A stretch of DNA of 64,000 nt from the human T2T-CHM13v2.0 reference genome, Homo sapiens: assembly GCF_009914755.1 (NCBI RefSeq), contig NC_060947.1; one strand, given 5' to 3'. Numbering within the stretch: the first letter of the stretch is position 1; each line of letters begins with the position of its first letter. The notes beneath the pieces were generated by a model. It did no database searches, was not told where the DNA came from, and saw nothing but the letters and a program-made list of their open reading frames with translations. The translations under genes were made by a program, and so were the position numbers. This document shows positions 25,840 to 38,359 of this stretch, piece by piece.

Positions 25840-27976
25840 TTTTTTTTTTTTTACCAGGTCTTTAAAGGGGTTTATTAACATTGGTAATGGCTGCATTAAT
25901 TCAGGTGGCAACTTTTATTTATTTATTTTATTTATTTATTTATTTATTTTATTGATCATTCTTGGGTGTTTCTCACAGAGGGGGATTTGGCAGGGTCATA
26001 GGACAATAGTGGAGGGAAGGTCAGCAGATAAACAAGTGAACAAAGGTCTCTGGTTTTCCTAGGCAGAGGACCCTGCAGCCTTCCGCAGTGTTTGTGTCCC
26101 TGGGTACTTGAGATTAGGGAGTGGCGATGACTCTTAACGAGCATGCTGCCTTCAAGCATCTGTTTAACAAAGCACATCTTGCACCACCCTTAATCCATTT
26201 AACCCTGAGTGGACACAGCACATGTTTCAGAGAGCACAGGGTTGGGGGTAAGGTCACAGATCAACAGGATCCCAAGGCAGAAGAATTTTTCTTAGTACCG
26301 AACAAAATGAAAAGTCTCCCATGTCTACCTCTTTCTACACAGACACGGCAACCATCCGATTTCTCAATCTTTTCCCCACCTTTCCCCCCTTTCTATTCCA
26401 CAAAACCGCCATTGTCATCATGGCCCGTTCTCAATGAGCTGTTGGGTACACCTCCCAGATGGGGTGGTGGCCTGGCAGAGGGGCTCCTCACTTCCCAGTA
26501 GGGGCGGCCGGGCAGAGGCACCCCTCACCTCCCGGACGGGGCGGCTGGCCGGGTGGGGGGCTGACCCCCCCACCTCCCTCCCGGATGGGGCGGCTGGCCG
26601 GGTGGGGGGCTGACCCCCTTACCTCCCTCCCGGACGGGGCGGCTGGCCGGGCGGGGGGCTGACCCCCCCATCTCCCTCCCGGACGGGGCGGCTGGCCGGG
26701 CAGAGGGGCTCCTCACTTCCCAGTAGGGGTGGCCGGGCAGAGGTGCCCCTCACCTCGCGGACGGGGCGGCTGGCCGGGCAGGGGGCTGGCCCCCCACCTC
26801 CCTCCCGGATGGGGCGGCTGGCCAGGCGGGGGGCTGAGCCCCCCACCTCCCTCCCGGACGGGGCAGCTGGCCGGGCAGAGGGGCTCCTCACTTCCCAGTA
26901 GGGGTGGCTGGGCAGAGGCGCCCCTCACCTCCCGGACAGGGCGGCTGGCCAGGCGGGGCCTGACCCCCCCACCTCCCTCCCGGATGGGGCGGCTGGCCAG
27001 GGCGGGGGCTGACTCCCCCACCTCCCTCCCAGACGGGGCGGCTGGCCTGGCGGGGGCTGACCCCCACCTCCCTCCCAGACGGGGTGGCTGCCGGGCGGAG
27101 GCGCTCCTCACTTCTCAGACAGGGCAGCTGCCGGGCGGAGGGGCTCCTCACTTCTCAGACAGGGTGGTTGCCAGGCGGAGGGTATCCTCACTTCTCAGAC
27201 GGGGCGGCTGGGCAGAGACACTCCTCACCTCCCAGACGGGGTCGCGGCCGGGCAGAGGCGCTCCTCACATCCCAGATGGGGCGGCGGGGCAGAGGCGCTC
27301 CCCACATCTCAGAGGTTGGGAGGCCGGGCAGAGACGCTCCTCACTTCCTAGATGGGATGGCGGCCGGGAAGAGGCGCTCCTCACTTCCTAGATGGGATGG
27401 CAGCCGGGCAGAGACGCTCCTCACTTTCCAGACTGGGCAGCCAGGCAGAGGGGCTGCTCACGTCCCAGACGATGGGCGGCCAGGCAGAGACGTTCCTCAC
27501 TTCCCAGACGGGGTGGCGGCCGGGCAGAGTCTGCACTCGGCACTTTGGGAGGCCAAGGCAGGCGGCTGGGAGGTGGAGGTTGTAGCGAGCCGAGATCACG
27601 CCACTGCACTCCAGCCTGGGCACCATTGAGCACTGAGTGAACCAGACTCTGTCTGCAATCCCGGCACCTCGGGAGGCCGAGGCTGGCGGATCACTCGCGG
27701 TTAGGAGCTGGAGACCAGCCCGGCCAACACAGCGAAATCCCGTCTCCACCAAAAAAATACGAAAACCAGTCAGGCGTGGCGGCGCGCGCCTGCAATCGCA
27801 GGCACTTGGCAGGCTGAGGCAGGAGAATCAGGCAGGGAGGTTGCAGTGAGCTGAGATGGCAGCAGTACAGTCCAGCTTTGGCTCGGCATCAGAGGGAGAC
27901 TGTGGAAAGAGAGGGAGAGGGAGACTGTGGGGAGAGGGAGAGGGAGAGGGAGAGGGAGAGGGAGAGGGAGAGGGAG
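25840..27976 (-). mobile_element. Full-length SVA (SVA_D-like) with 3' transduction
   Basis: On the minus strand: 8 CCCTCT-type hexamers (27930-27977), Alu-like domain, GC-rich VNTR (~26450-27530), SINE-R, (TAAA)n, 60-bp extra segment and poly(A); TSD actgctttttt at 25829-25839 and 27977-27987. Confidence 0.96.
26450..27530. repeat. SVA VNTR (GC/CpG-rich, G4-prone)
   Basis: Tandem ~37-50 bp units such as cctccctcccggacggggcggctggccggg and gctcctcacttcccaga. Confidence 0.95.
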
Positions 27977-28600
27977 ACTGCTTTTTTACCTTCATTTATT
28001 CCTTCTTTATTATTCCTTTATGTGGACCTGAGTTTCTAACTTATATCATTTTCTTTCTTTCTGAGCTTTTGAAAAACATTTCTGGCAAGAGTCTCATTGA
28101 TTTTTCTCTATTGCTTTTCTGTTTTCAATTTCATTGATTTCTGCTCTTAAATTTGCTACATTCTTCTTGTTTTGAATTTAATTATTTTCTTTTTCATGTT
28201 TTTAAGGTTGAAACTTGGATCATTGATTTGAGACCTATCTTCTTTTCTAATATAAGCATGTAATGCCATAATTTCCCTTTAAACACTGCTTCAACTGCAT
28301 GCCACATATTTTTATATGTCATAATTTTGTTTCTTTCAATTCAAAGTGTTTTCTATCCATAGGTTATTTAGATGTGTGTGATTTATTGGGTTATTCATTT
28401 CTAGTTCAATTCCATTTTTGTTATATAACATAATGTGTCTGATTTCACTTGATTTTATTTTGTTAAGTTTTGTTTCTTGATTAAGGATATGGTCTATCTT
28501 GGTGAACATTCCACACATACTTGTAAAGAATATGTATTTTATTGTTGTTGGGTAAACAAATTAGGTTATGTTGAATGATAGTGCTGTTCAGGTCTATATC

Positions 28601-28849
28601 TGTACTAGTCAGCTCAGGTTGCCAGAACAAAATATCATAGACTGAGTGGCTTAAACAATAGAAATGTAGGTTTCACCATTTTGGAGGCTGGGAAGTCTAA
28701 GATCAAGGTGCCAGCTCATTCTGTTCTTGGTAAGGACTCTCTTCCCGGCTTTCAGATGACCCCCTTCTTGCTATGTTTTTCACATGGCCTTTCCTTGGTG
28801 CTAGGGCTTCAACATGTGAATCGTGGGGGGACATATTCCATTTATAGCA
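28601..28849 (-). mobile_element. MLT1A LTR with internal deletion
   Basis: gagtggcttaaacaatagaaat...ggaagtctaagatcaaggtgccagc; jumps to tagggcttcaacatgtgaat. Confidence 0.8.
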
Positions 28850-29654
28850 AGGTCCTTGTTAATGTTCTAATTGTTCTGTCTAATCATTGAGAGAAGAGTG
28901 TTAGAGTCTGACTATAATTGTAGGTTTATTTCTCCTTTCTGACCTATCAGTTATTGCTCCATGTATTCTGAAGCTGTGCTAGTAGTGCTTACATATTTAG
29001 GATTGTTATTTTTTGTGAACTGGCTGTTTTGTCATTAGGTAATGTTTCTTTATATCATTGGTAATTTACTTGTTCTGAAGTTCTCTTTGTTCAACATTAA
29101 TATAATCCATTCAACTTTCTTTTGATTAAAATTTATATGGTATATCTTTTCCTATTGTACTTTTTATATTTTTATGTAGACTCTTTCCATTTAATGTTAG
29201 TTTATTGTAGACAACCTCTTGTTGGGTGTTGTTTCTCATCCAATATGACAATATCTGCTTTATAATTGTGTTTTTAGACCATTTAATGTAATGTAATTAT
29301 TGATATGTTTGAATTTAGGTCTACTACTTTATATTTGTTTTGTTTGTTCCCTTTGCTCTTTGTTCTTCTGTTTCTCTCTCTTTCTCTGTCTCTTTCTTTT
29401 TCCTGACTACTTTTGGATTATTTGAATTTCATTTATTTGAATTTTAACTTGTCTATTTTTGGCTGTATCTCTTTGCATTAATTTTTTGATTGTTCTAGAG
29501 ATTGTACTCTCTCTCTCTCTATATATATATATATTTTAGAGCTAATAGTATTTCACCACTTCAAGTAAAATATAAAAGCCTTATAACCATATACATCCCC
29601 TTTATGCTTCCCCCTTTATGTCATAGTTGTTATATGTGTTTTATCTACACACAT

Positions 29655-30020
29655 TGTATTAGTCCATTTTCACACTGCTATAAAGAGTACTACCTGAGAC
29701 TGGGTAATTTATAAAGGAAAGAGATTTAATTGACTCACAGTTTCACATGGCTGGGGAGGCCTCAGGAAACTTACAATCATGGCAGAAGGTGAAGGAGAAG
29801 CAAGCATCTTCTTCACAAGGTGGCAGGAGAGAGAGAAGTGAAGCACAGGAAAAACTGCCACTTTTAAAACATCAGATCTCATGAGAGTCACTATCATGAA
29901 AACAGCATGGGGGAAACCACCCCCATAATCCAATCACCTCCCACGAAGTTCCTCCCTTGACACATGGGAATTACAATTCAAAATGAGATTTGGGTGGGGA
30001 CACAGAGCCAAACCATATGA
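29655..30020 (-). mobile_element. THE1C-like solo LTR
   Basis: tgtattagtcc...gagccaaaccatatga; perfect TSD cacat at 29650-29654 and 30021-30025. Confidence 0.92.
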
Positions 30021-31172
30021 CACATTGAAATCCCCACCAGACAATTTTATAATTTTTGCCTTTACAGTCATACATACTTTGAATATCTTAACAAAAATTG
30101 TATCAGTATTATATAATGACCCTGATATTTATAATTTTTGTTGCTTTTTCTCATTTCTGATGTTCCAGATTTCCCTCATGTATCATTTTGCTTTGTGTCT
30201 AAAAAATTTCCTTTAATTTATTTTAGAGCAGGTCTGCTGGTGAATAATTCTTTTAGTTTTCCTTCATCTGAACATGTTTTATTTTGCCATCATTTTGAAG
30301 AATACCTTTGTTTTGTATAGAAGCATTGACATGCTTTTCTTTCAGCACTTAAAAATGTTGTTCCATTGTCTTCTGGCTCCCTGGTTTCTGATGAGAAATC
30401 TGTTCTGATGGCAACAATTCAAGTCATTGTCCTCCTATATACAATGTATCACTTTCTTTTTGGATGCTGTCAAGATTTTTTCCCTTACTACTGGTTTTCA
30501 GAAGTTTGATCATGGTGTCTCCAGTATGGTTTTCTTTGGGTTGATGCTGTCTAAGGCTTGTTGAACTTCTTGAATCTCTAAATGAATATATTCCACCTTT
30601 TTTTTTTTTTTACACTTTCGGTAATTATTTTTCAATTTTTCTTGTATGAATATTTTTATTATCTTCTCCTGGGACTCACTGACACAAATGTTAGATATTC
30701 TGATATTGTCCCATGCCTGCATCTCTGTTCACTTTTGAAAATCTTTTTCTCTTTGTTATTCAGATAGATAATTTCTACTGACTCATCTTCAAGTTCGCTA
30801 TTTCTTTCCTTTGTTATTTTTTTTCTGTCGTTGAGCTGAACAGTGAATTTTAAAATTTAAGACATTGTATTTTTCGATTCTAAAGTCTCCTTTTAAAATA
30901 GTTTCCATATCTACTTTGTGAACTTCTATCTTTCTATTTATAACAAGTGTATTTACCTCATGGAGCCTAGCTATAATAGCTCTTTCAAAGTCTTTGATAA
31001 TTTCAGTATCTGAGTCATCTTGGTGTTAGTACATGTTGATTATATTTTTCTGTGAAAATTGGTCATATTTTCCTAGCTGTTTGTATATGAAATAATTTTG
31101 GAAAATATTCTGGACATTTTGAATATCATACTGTGAAACTGAATCATTTTAAACTCATCTGAGAAATGTAGA

Positions 31173-31212
31173 TCTCTCTCTCTCTCTCTCTCCCCCTCTT
31201 TCTCTCTGTCTC

Positions 31213-31242
<30 letters not shown>
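31173..31242. repeat. Compound (TC)n/(TG)n microsatellite
   Basis: Visible runs. Confidence 0.9.
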
Positions 31243-31243
<1 letters not shown>

Positions 31244-32469
31244 CATTTTAGACCACAAGTTCTGTCTCATCCTCTGTCAGCAGTAATTCCAATGTCTGTT
31301 CAGTTTTCAACATCTTTGGTTTGTTTCTTTGAGTCTGTGCCATACATGTGCCACTTTGGGGTCAGTCTGGAAGTTGAGAAGTAGTTTATGTTATATTTTA
31401 GTTCTGAAAGCTTTTGCTATGCTGTTTTTGTTCTGCCCCATGCATAAATTACTCATGGATTATTCTAGGACTCAGGAGTGAGTTATATCTTAGTTCAGTT
31501 CTCAAAGTCTTTGCTATGCTGACTTGGGTCTGTCCCAGGCATCTACAGCTCAGGTGTGAGGTCAGATCTTATCTGAGATGGTACACAATATTCAGAAATA
31601 GTCTTCTCCCTTTTGTCTGGGATTCTTCAACCCTTCACCTACCACCCCACCACACACAAAATATACACATCAGCTTGCAGAGACCTCTTTTCTTGGTGAT
31701 ATGGCTAGAAAGATGGATATTTTATTGCCTGTGCAACTACTGCCACAGCTCCTAACTAGTGTCCATCTTTGGGCCATGAGATAAAAGAGAAAAAATATCT
31801 GAGAATCTTATACTCCCATATGGGTCTCTTCTTCAAGATTTGATTCCTGTCCCCAATCTGCCTACTTTTGTCTACTTTTGAGTATTCAGGTTGTTACTTT
31901 TTGTGTTTCGTCCAGAGTTTTTAGTTACAATCCATAAGCACACTCCATCTTGGCCAGCACTGGAAGTCTCTCTTCACTTCAGTTTTAAGAAGAGAACTTA
32001 GGCTTCATGTTTGCTCCACAGTCTCCTATCATATTCTGGGTAAAACACAAGACTTTTAAAGAAATCATAGACCTGTATCCACTAGGAGGCAGCACTAAGA
32101 AACCCAGCATTTCTCCAGGTCTCTGCAGCCTCAAGTACGTGGATGAAATCTTGGCACCTTGTGGCTTCCAATTCCCACAAAAAGAAACACTAGGACCCTA
32201 AGCTCCCCTCTGCACTCTGCCTCATTCCCATTCTTTCCTTAAGGGTTGTAGGTATGTGGCCAGTGCTGCTGCCATGTCCACCTGCTTCCAGTGCTTGCTC
32301 AGTCAACTTGCCGTGGCTGCATGGATGGAAGAGGGCTTCTCCCTGGCAGTGTTTACAATTCTTTCAATAGGCTCCCAAAGCTGACTCTTTCAATATCTTC
32401 AAAGACTCTTCCAGAAAAGCTGGAATAAGTGCCTCCCTGCCGGCCCAAGTTAAGTTGAAAACTGAAGTC

Positions 32470-32868
32470 ACTGGTTGCTGCTCATCACATACTTCTGGCT
32501 CTCTAACTTCTCAGCACTTAGTAGGGTCGTCTTCTTGGCCCTTTTGTGGTTGGGTCAGGTCACATGATTAATTTTGGTCTATAAGTTGAGTTGGAAGTGA
32601 TGAATATTACTTCCAGGCTGGAACATTAAATTGTCAGTGTGAAACTTTCTAGAGTTCTCTTTCCCTTTGTCAAAATGACTGTAATGTTCCAGGTTGTAGC
32701 TCCTCTATCAGGCAAGGTCTCAGAGTGAGGACCACATAGTGCAGAGCCCCCTGTCAACCTACAATGGCCATGAAGTATGAGTGAGAAATAACTTTTGTTG
32801 TTTTAAGCTACTGAAGTTTTGGGGTTATTTGTTGGTGAAATATTATCTAACCTACGCTGACTGACACA
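32470..32868 (+). mobile_element. MLT1J-like LTR
   Basis: ggaagtgatgaatattacttccaggc...gtatgagtgagaaataacttttgttgttttaagc...ctgactgacaca. Confidence 0.7.
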
Positions 32869-33559
32869 GAAGCTATATGAAGAGTACTACCTAGCATTAT
32901 AGTAAAAATTATTTCTTCTTACCTACTTCAAATAAGGGTCTCAGGGCATAGACAAGTTATCTTGAGGTGGTCCTAGCTAATTGTTAGTTTTCTGTCCATT
33001 CAAGCACTCCTCTTAGAACTTGAAGCTGTCTCTGTCTTGCTGGAATTTTTGAGTCTTAGTGTCCAGGACCTGAGTATCATTTCTTAAATTTATGCCCTAC
33101 ATTTATTCCTCAAGACCAGGTGATCTTCATACAAACAGAACAAATGGTAACCTGCCAACAAAACCCAGAATTCAAGAGGTGGGCTAGAGTTTAGACTCCT
33201 CTCTTTCTTCCATTCTATTACACTAAAGTTGTTTATTTCTTTTTCCTTCCTTTATTCCAGTAATTTCTGGCACTTTTACCTTTTAATATTTTTTCCTTTA
33301 TTCCCCCTTTATAACACCCCACCCTGAAGACATCTGGTTACTTATCGCTATACTTTTATATCCTTCTTTCTCTTAGTGGACTACCCTTTTCCTTATTTAG
33401 ATTAAATTTGGTGTTCTCACCTCAAGGCCCTTCAATATTTTTATTAAAGTTGATTCTATCTGTGACCCTTGTTTAATTCTTGCATCCCTGGCCTAAAGAA
33501 GTAATGTACTGAATCTCCTGGAATAAGAAAATATAGAGATAACGCTACATGGTCATAAC

Positions 33560-33810
33560 AGCCCATATACAGCACTTGTTATGTACCAGGCATTTTTCTA
33601 ACCTCATTAAGATCTATTAACTCATTTTCTGCTCACAAAAGCTCCATACATACATAAGTATTATAATCTCTATTTTGCAGATGAGGTAACTGGCGCAACG
33701 ATTATTTGACTTGTTCAGGGTCACACAGGTTATAAGTGGCAGAGCGAGAATTAGAAACCAGGTTGTTTGGCACCAGAGTCCATGTTTTAGTCACTACGTT
33801 TTATTGCTTC
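33560..33810 (-). mobile_element. MIR SINE
   Basis: ctattttgcagatgaggtaactg...gacttgttcagggtcacacag. Confidence 0.8.
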
Positions 33811-33834
33811 ACTGTAATGCGGAAGGTTTTAAAC

Positions 33835-34035
33835 CATGGGTTGATAAACTATGGTCCTCAGACCGTATATGCCTTGGCATACATTTGTATAAATAAAGTT
33901 TTATTGGAACACAGACACTTCGACTTGTCTAATATTGTTCGTGGCTGCTTTCATGCTATAAGGGAAAGGGTGAGTAGTGGAGACAGAGACCATATAGCCC
34001 ACAGAGTCTAAAATATTATTACCTGACCCATTTTA
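33835..34035 (+). mobile_element. MER58A (hAT-Charlie)
   Basis: aaataaagttttattggaacacag...tggctgctttcatgcta...gacagagaccatatagccc. Confidence 0.8.
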
Positions 34036-34331
34036 AAGGGTGAATAGGAGTATTTCAGACAAAATGTTCCTGATAAAGGGAATGGCATGCAAAAAATTAT
34101 GGGGCATACAACCTCAGAGTTTTTTTGCACCTGCTCTGTAAATGTTTTAAGAGAAGAGTCTCATCTCACCATGGTGAGAACACCATACACGCTCAATACA
34201 GAGTTGTTGAAAACATTTGTCCAGTTTATCCGCAATGTTAAGCCACTCATAAATGTGTACTGCTGTACCTATTTTTTGTGTTTTCCAGCATTATTTTTTC
34301 TTCTAATATTTAATTTTTTAATTTTTGTGGG

Positions 34332-34716
34332 TGATATGGTTTCGTTCTGTGTCCCTACCCAAATCTCATGTTGAATTGTAATCCCCAATGTTGGAGGTGG
34401 GGCCTGGTGGGAGGTGATTGGATCATGTGGGTGGTTTCTCATGAATGGTTTAACATCGTCCCCTCCCCTTTAGTGCTGTTCTCATAATAGAGATCTCACG
34501 AGATCTGATTGTTTAAAAGTGTGTAGCACCTCCCGCCTCATTCTCTCTTGCTCTTTCTCCAGGCATATGAAATGGTGCTCCCCCTTTGCCTTCTGCTATG
34601 ATTGTAAATTTCCTGAGGCCTCCCCAGAAGCCAACAAGATGAGCCAATTAAACCTCTTTTCTTTATAAATTACACGGTCTCAGGTCTTTATAGCAGTGCA
34701 AGAACAAACTAATAAA
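34332..34716 (+). mobile_element. MSTA-like LTR inside a short antisense L1MA 3' end (~34305-34775)
   Basis: tgatatggttt...aactaataaa; perfect TSD gtggg at 34327-34331 and 34717-34721. Confidence 0.9.
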
Positions 34717-35639
34717 GTGGGTATATAGTAGGTGTATGTATTTATAGAGTACATGAGATGTTTTGATACAGCCATGTGTAGTGATATTGATTATGATCAT
34801 ATGAGTCAGGAACAAGGAAGGATAATGAGTAGTCCAGTGAACTGAGTATATTATAAATTCACATTATTATGATTTTAATTATATTACTTTTATTCATCTA
34901 AGTATTTGTTGATAGGTTGTATATTTTGTGTTCAAATGTGTTTTATAATAGAAAATAATCTTAGTGAATCTGATGACATGTCAAAAAAATTTGTCCCTGA
35001 ATTTGTGGTGGTGGTGATAAGGGGCTTAGAACACACATACATACACACACTCACTATTACCAGACCTTGCCCCTTCCCAACAAACACACTTACAGACACA
35101 TTTTAATAATTAATGTTTTATTTAGGCCCATTTCAAAGATGAACATTACAATGACAATTATTTAAAATATAAGTAGGATCCAATAACTCTGACATAATGT
35201 ATTTCTGAGGAGAGAACTGAGGAGGATCATCAGAGGGAGTCACATTGCTTATTCAGTTTGCACAGTTGTTTATTGTTTGCAGCAGTAGAAAGGAATAGTT
35301 TTATGTCTTAATAACTTCACAAGGTTTTGTTTGACACTTAGTAAAACGGGGAACTGTTGCCTGGGAGAGTTTTTTAATACAGAAGGAAACGATTGCATGT
35401 ACTAAAATCTTTTGAAATTTAGTGTATGTGTTAGATTCAAGTTTATAGGCAGGAAAGTGTTTGATCTCTGTTATAGATCATTTTTTTAATCTGATGAATA
35501 AAATAGTGTTTTTGTTTCTACGTGTTTTTACTGAATACCTAAGATAAATGATTAATTATATAAAATCTTGTTGTAATAAAAATTAGTTTCCATATTATGA
35601 GTCCATAGTTTTAAAATTATTTTCTATGTATAACATACT

Positions 35640-35855
35640 TTTTTAAAAAAGAATCTTTATTTTAGGCTCAGGGGTATGTGTGCAGGTTTGTTATATAGGC
35701 AAACTCATGTCATGGGGGTTTGTTGTGCAGATTATTTCATCATCCTGGTACTAAGCCTAGGACCCAATAGTTATTTTTTCTGATTCCTTTCCCTTCTCTC
35801 ACCTTCCACCCTTAAGTAGACCCAGCGTCTGTTGTTCTCCCTTTGCGTCCACGCA
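35640..35855 (-). mobile_element. L1PA13-16-like 3' end fragment
   Basis: gtgcaggtttgttatatagg...cagattatttcatca...actaagcctag. Confidence 0.8.
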
Positions 35856-36227
35856 GAACACTATTATTTACACATTAGGATTTTTTTGTTTATATAATAT
35901 GTTTTAGAAACTATAAAAGTAGCCTACTTGTTGAAAAAGTATTTTTTAATATTCTAAAGATCTGCTATGTTCTCTTTTCATGTTTCAGTACCATTGAACT
36001 GTTTATCTTAACAGTGTCATCTGATAATCTGAGACTTCTTGAACAAGCAACCTCATTTTTTTTAGAAAGCATAATACTTCAAACTATATTTTGCTTGACT
36101 GTACAGGGAATACTCGACGACGGTTTCAGTGGGGGCATCTATAAGAAACGCTATGATCTTTCCCTCAGCAATTAAATTCTTTTTTACTAACGGTAGCTTA
36201 ATTAATTGAATATGCTAAGTTTGTCTA

Positions 36228-37606
36228 ATTTTTTAAACTTTTAAGTTCAGGGATACATGTACAGGTCTGTTACAATAGTAAACTTATGTCACACGGGGTT
36301 GTTATTCAGATTATTTTGTTACCCATGTATTAAGCCTAGTATGCATTTGTTATTTTCCTGGGTCCTCTCTCTCCTTCCACCCTTCACCCTCAGGTAAGCG
36401 CCAGTGTCTGTTGTTCCCCTCAATATGTCTATGTGTTCTCATCATTTAGCTCCCACTTATAAGTGAGAACATGTGTTGTTTGGGTTTCTGTTTCTGTGTT
36501 AGTTTGCTAAGGATAATGGCCTCCAGCTCCATTTGTGTTTCTGCAAAGGATATGATCTCATTCTTTTTTATGGCTGCTTAGTATTCCATGGTGTATACAT
36601 ACCACATTTTCTTTAATCAATCGACCATTGATGAGCAGTGATTCCATGTCTTTGGTATCATAAATAGTGCTGCGGTGAACATACGTGTGCATGTGTCTTT
36701 ATGATAGAAAAATTTATATTCCTTTGGGTATATACAGTCAGTAATAAGATTCCTGGGTTGAATGGTAGTTCTGTTTTTAGCTATTTCAGGAATCACCACA
36801 GTGCTTTCCACAATGGTTGAACTAATTTACACTTGCCTGAACCGTGTATAAGCATTTGTTTTTCTCCTAAATCTTGCCAGCATTTGCTATTTTTTTACTT
36901 TTCAATAATACCTATTCTGACTGGTGTGAGATGGTATCTCATTGTGGTTTTGATTTACATTTCTCTAATGATCATTGATACTGAGCTTTTTCATATGCTT
37001 GTTGGTACATGCATGTCTTTTTTTGAAAAGTATCTGTTCATGTCTTTTTCCCGCTTTTTAATGGAGTTGGTTTTTTTTCCTGTAAATTTGTTTAGCTTCC
37101 TTAAAGATGCTGGATATTAGCCTCTGTCAGATACATAGTTTGCAAAATTATTCTTGCATTCTATTTAGTCTCTTCAATCTGTCGATAGTTTCTTTTGCTG
37201 TGCAGAAGCTGTTTAGTTTAATTAAATTCCATTTGTCAATTTTCGCATTTGTTGCAATTGCTTTTGGTGTCTTTGTCATGAAGTCTTTGCCTATTTCTAT
37301 ATCCAGATGGTATTGCCTAGGTTGTCTTCCAGGGTTTTTATAGGTTTGGATTTTACATTTAGGTCTTTAATCCATCTTTAGTTTATTTTCGTACATGGTA
37401 TAAGGAAAAGGAACTGGTCCAGTTTCAATTTTCTGCATATGCCTAGCAAGTTATCCCAGTACCATTTATTGAATAGGGAATCCTTTCCCCATTGCTTATT
37501 TTTGTCAGGTGTGTTGAAGATCAGATGGTTGTAGGTGTGCGGCTTTATTTCTGAGCTTTGTATTCAGTTCTGTTGGTCTATGTGTCTGTTTTTGTACCAG
37601 TACCAA
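36228..37606 (-). mobile_element. 5'-truncated L1PA13-like element
   Basis: 3' UTR plus ORF2 end antisense (ctcccacttataagtgagaacatg, gactggtgtgagatggtatctcattgtggttttg). Confidence 0.88.
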
Positions 37607-37634
37607 AGAAAAAGGGGAGTATACTTCATAACTT

Positions 37635-37850
37635 TTTTCTCTCTTTATTGATACATAATATTTGTACATATTTATGGAGTGCATGTGATAGTTTTTTTAT
37701 ATGTACAGAGTGTGTAATGATCAAGTCAGGGCATTTGGGGGTGTCCATCACCTTGAGTATTTATCATTTCTATGTGTTGGGAACATTTCAAGTCCTCTTT
37801 TCTAGCTATTTTGAAAAATATAATACATTGTTGTTAAATATAGTCACCTT
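37635..37850 (-). mobile_element. L1MA 3' end fragment
   Basis: attgatacataatatttgtacatatttatgg...gtcctcttttctagctattttg. Confidence 0.8.
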
Positions 37851-37950
37851 AATATATATGTGTGTGTGTATATATATATATATATACATATAATTAAGGT
37901 AACATGGCATTATCTTGGAATAGGCACATAGACCAATGAAACAATATTGA

Positions 37951-38251
37951 GGCTGGGTGCAGTGGCTCATGCCTGTAATTCCAACACTTTGGGAGGCTGG
38001 GGTGGGGAGATGGCTTGAGCTCAGGAGTTCAAGACCAGCCTTGGAAAGATAGTAAGACCGTGTCTCTACAAAAAAAAAAAAAAAAAAAAAAGAAGCCAGG
38101 CATGGTAGTCCATGACTGTAGTCCCAGCTACTCAGGAGGCTGAGGTGAAGTATCACTTGAGCCCAGAAAGTTGAAGCTGCAATGAGCCATGATCATGCCA
38201 CTCTACTCCAGCATGGGTGACAGAATGACACTCTTTTAAAAAAAAAAAAAA
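37951..38251 (+). mobile_element. AluJ (Jo/Jr-like) with expanded A linker
   Basis: ggctgggtgcagtggctcatgcctgtaa...ttgagcccag...gagccatgatcatgccact plus A tail. Confidence 0.92.
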
Positions 38252-38359
38252 GAAGGGAAGAAGACAAAAAACAAAACTGAGGGTGCAGAAATAGCTCACA
38301 TATATATGGTACTCAATACGTGACAGAGGTACAGATGTGTCACTATAGGTCAGTGGGAA

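Larger units (their letters stand above)
27988..31970 (-). mobile_element. Old L1M (MC/MD/ME-like) composite, interrupted by MLT1A and THE1C
   Basis: T-rich antisense L1 ORF2/ORF1 motifs (atggtctatcttggtgaacattcc, ttccattgtcttctggc, gtttctgatgagaaatc). Confidence 0.75.

Noticed and set aside
26450-27530. Regularly spaced repeats resembling a CRISPR array
   Set aside because: Contiguous SVA VNTR units without unique spacers, in primate DNA with no cas genes.
26121-28137. Cluster of long overlapping Gly/Pro/Arg-rich ORFs (up to 220 aa)
   Set aside because: Stop-poor GC-rich SVA VNTR, Alu-like and SINE-R sequence; not genes.
31385-31522. Local repeat agttct..aaag..tttgctatgctg occurring twice
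   Set aside because: Lies in the 5' region of an old L1M, where such tandem units are normal.
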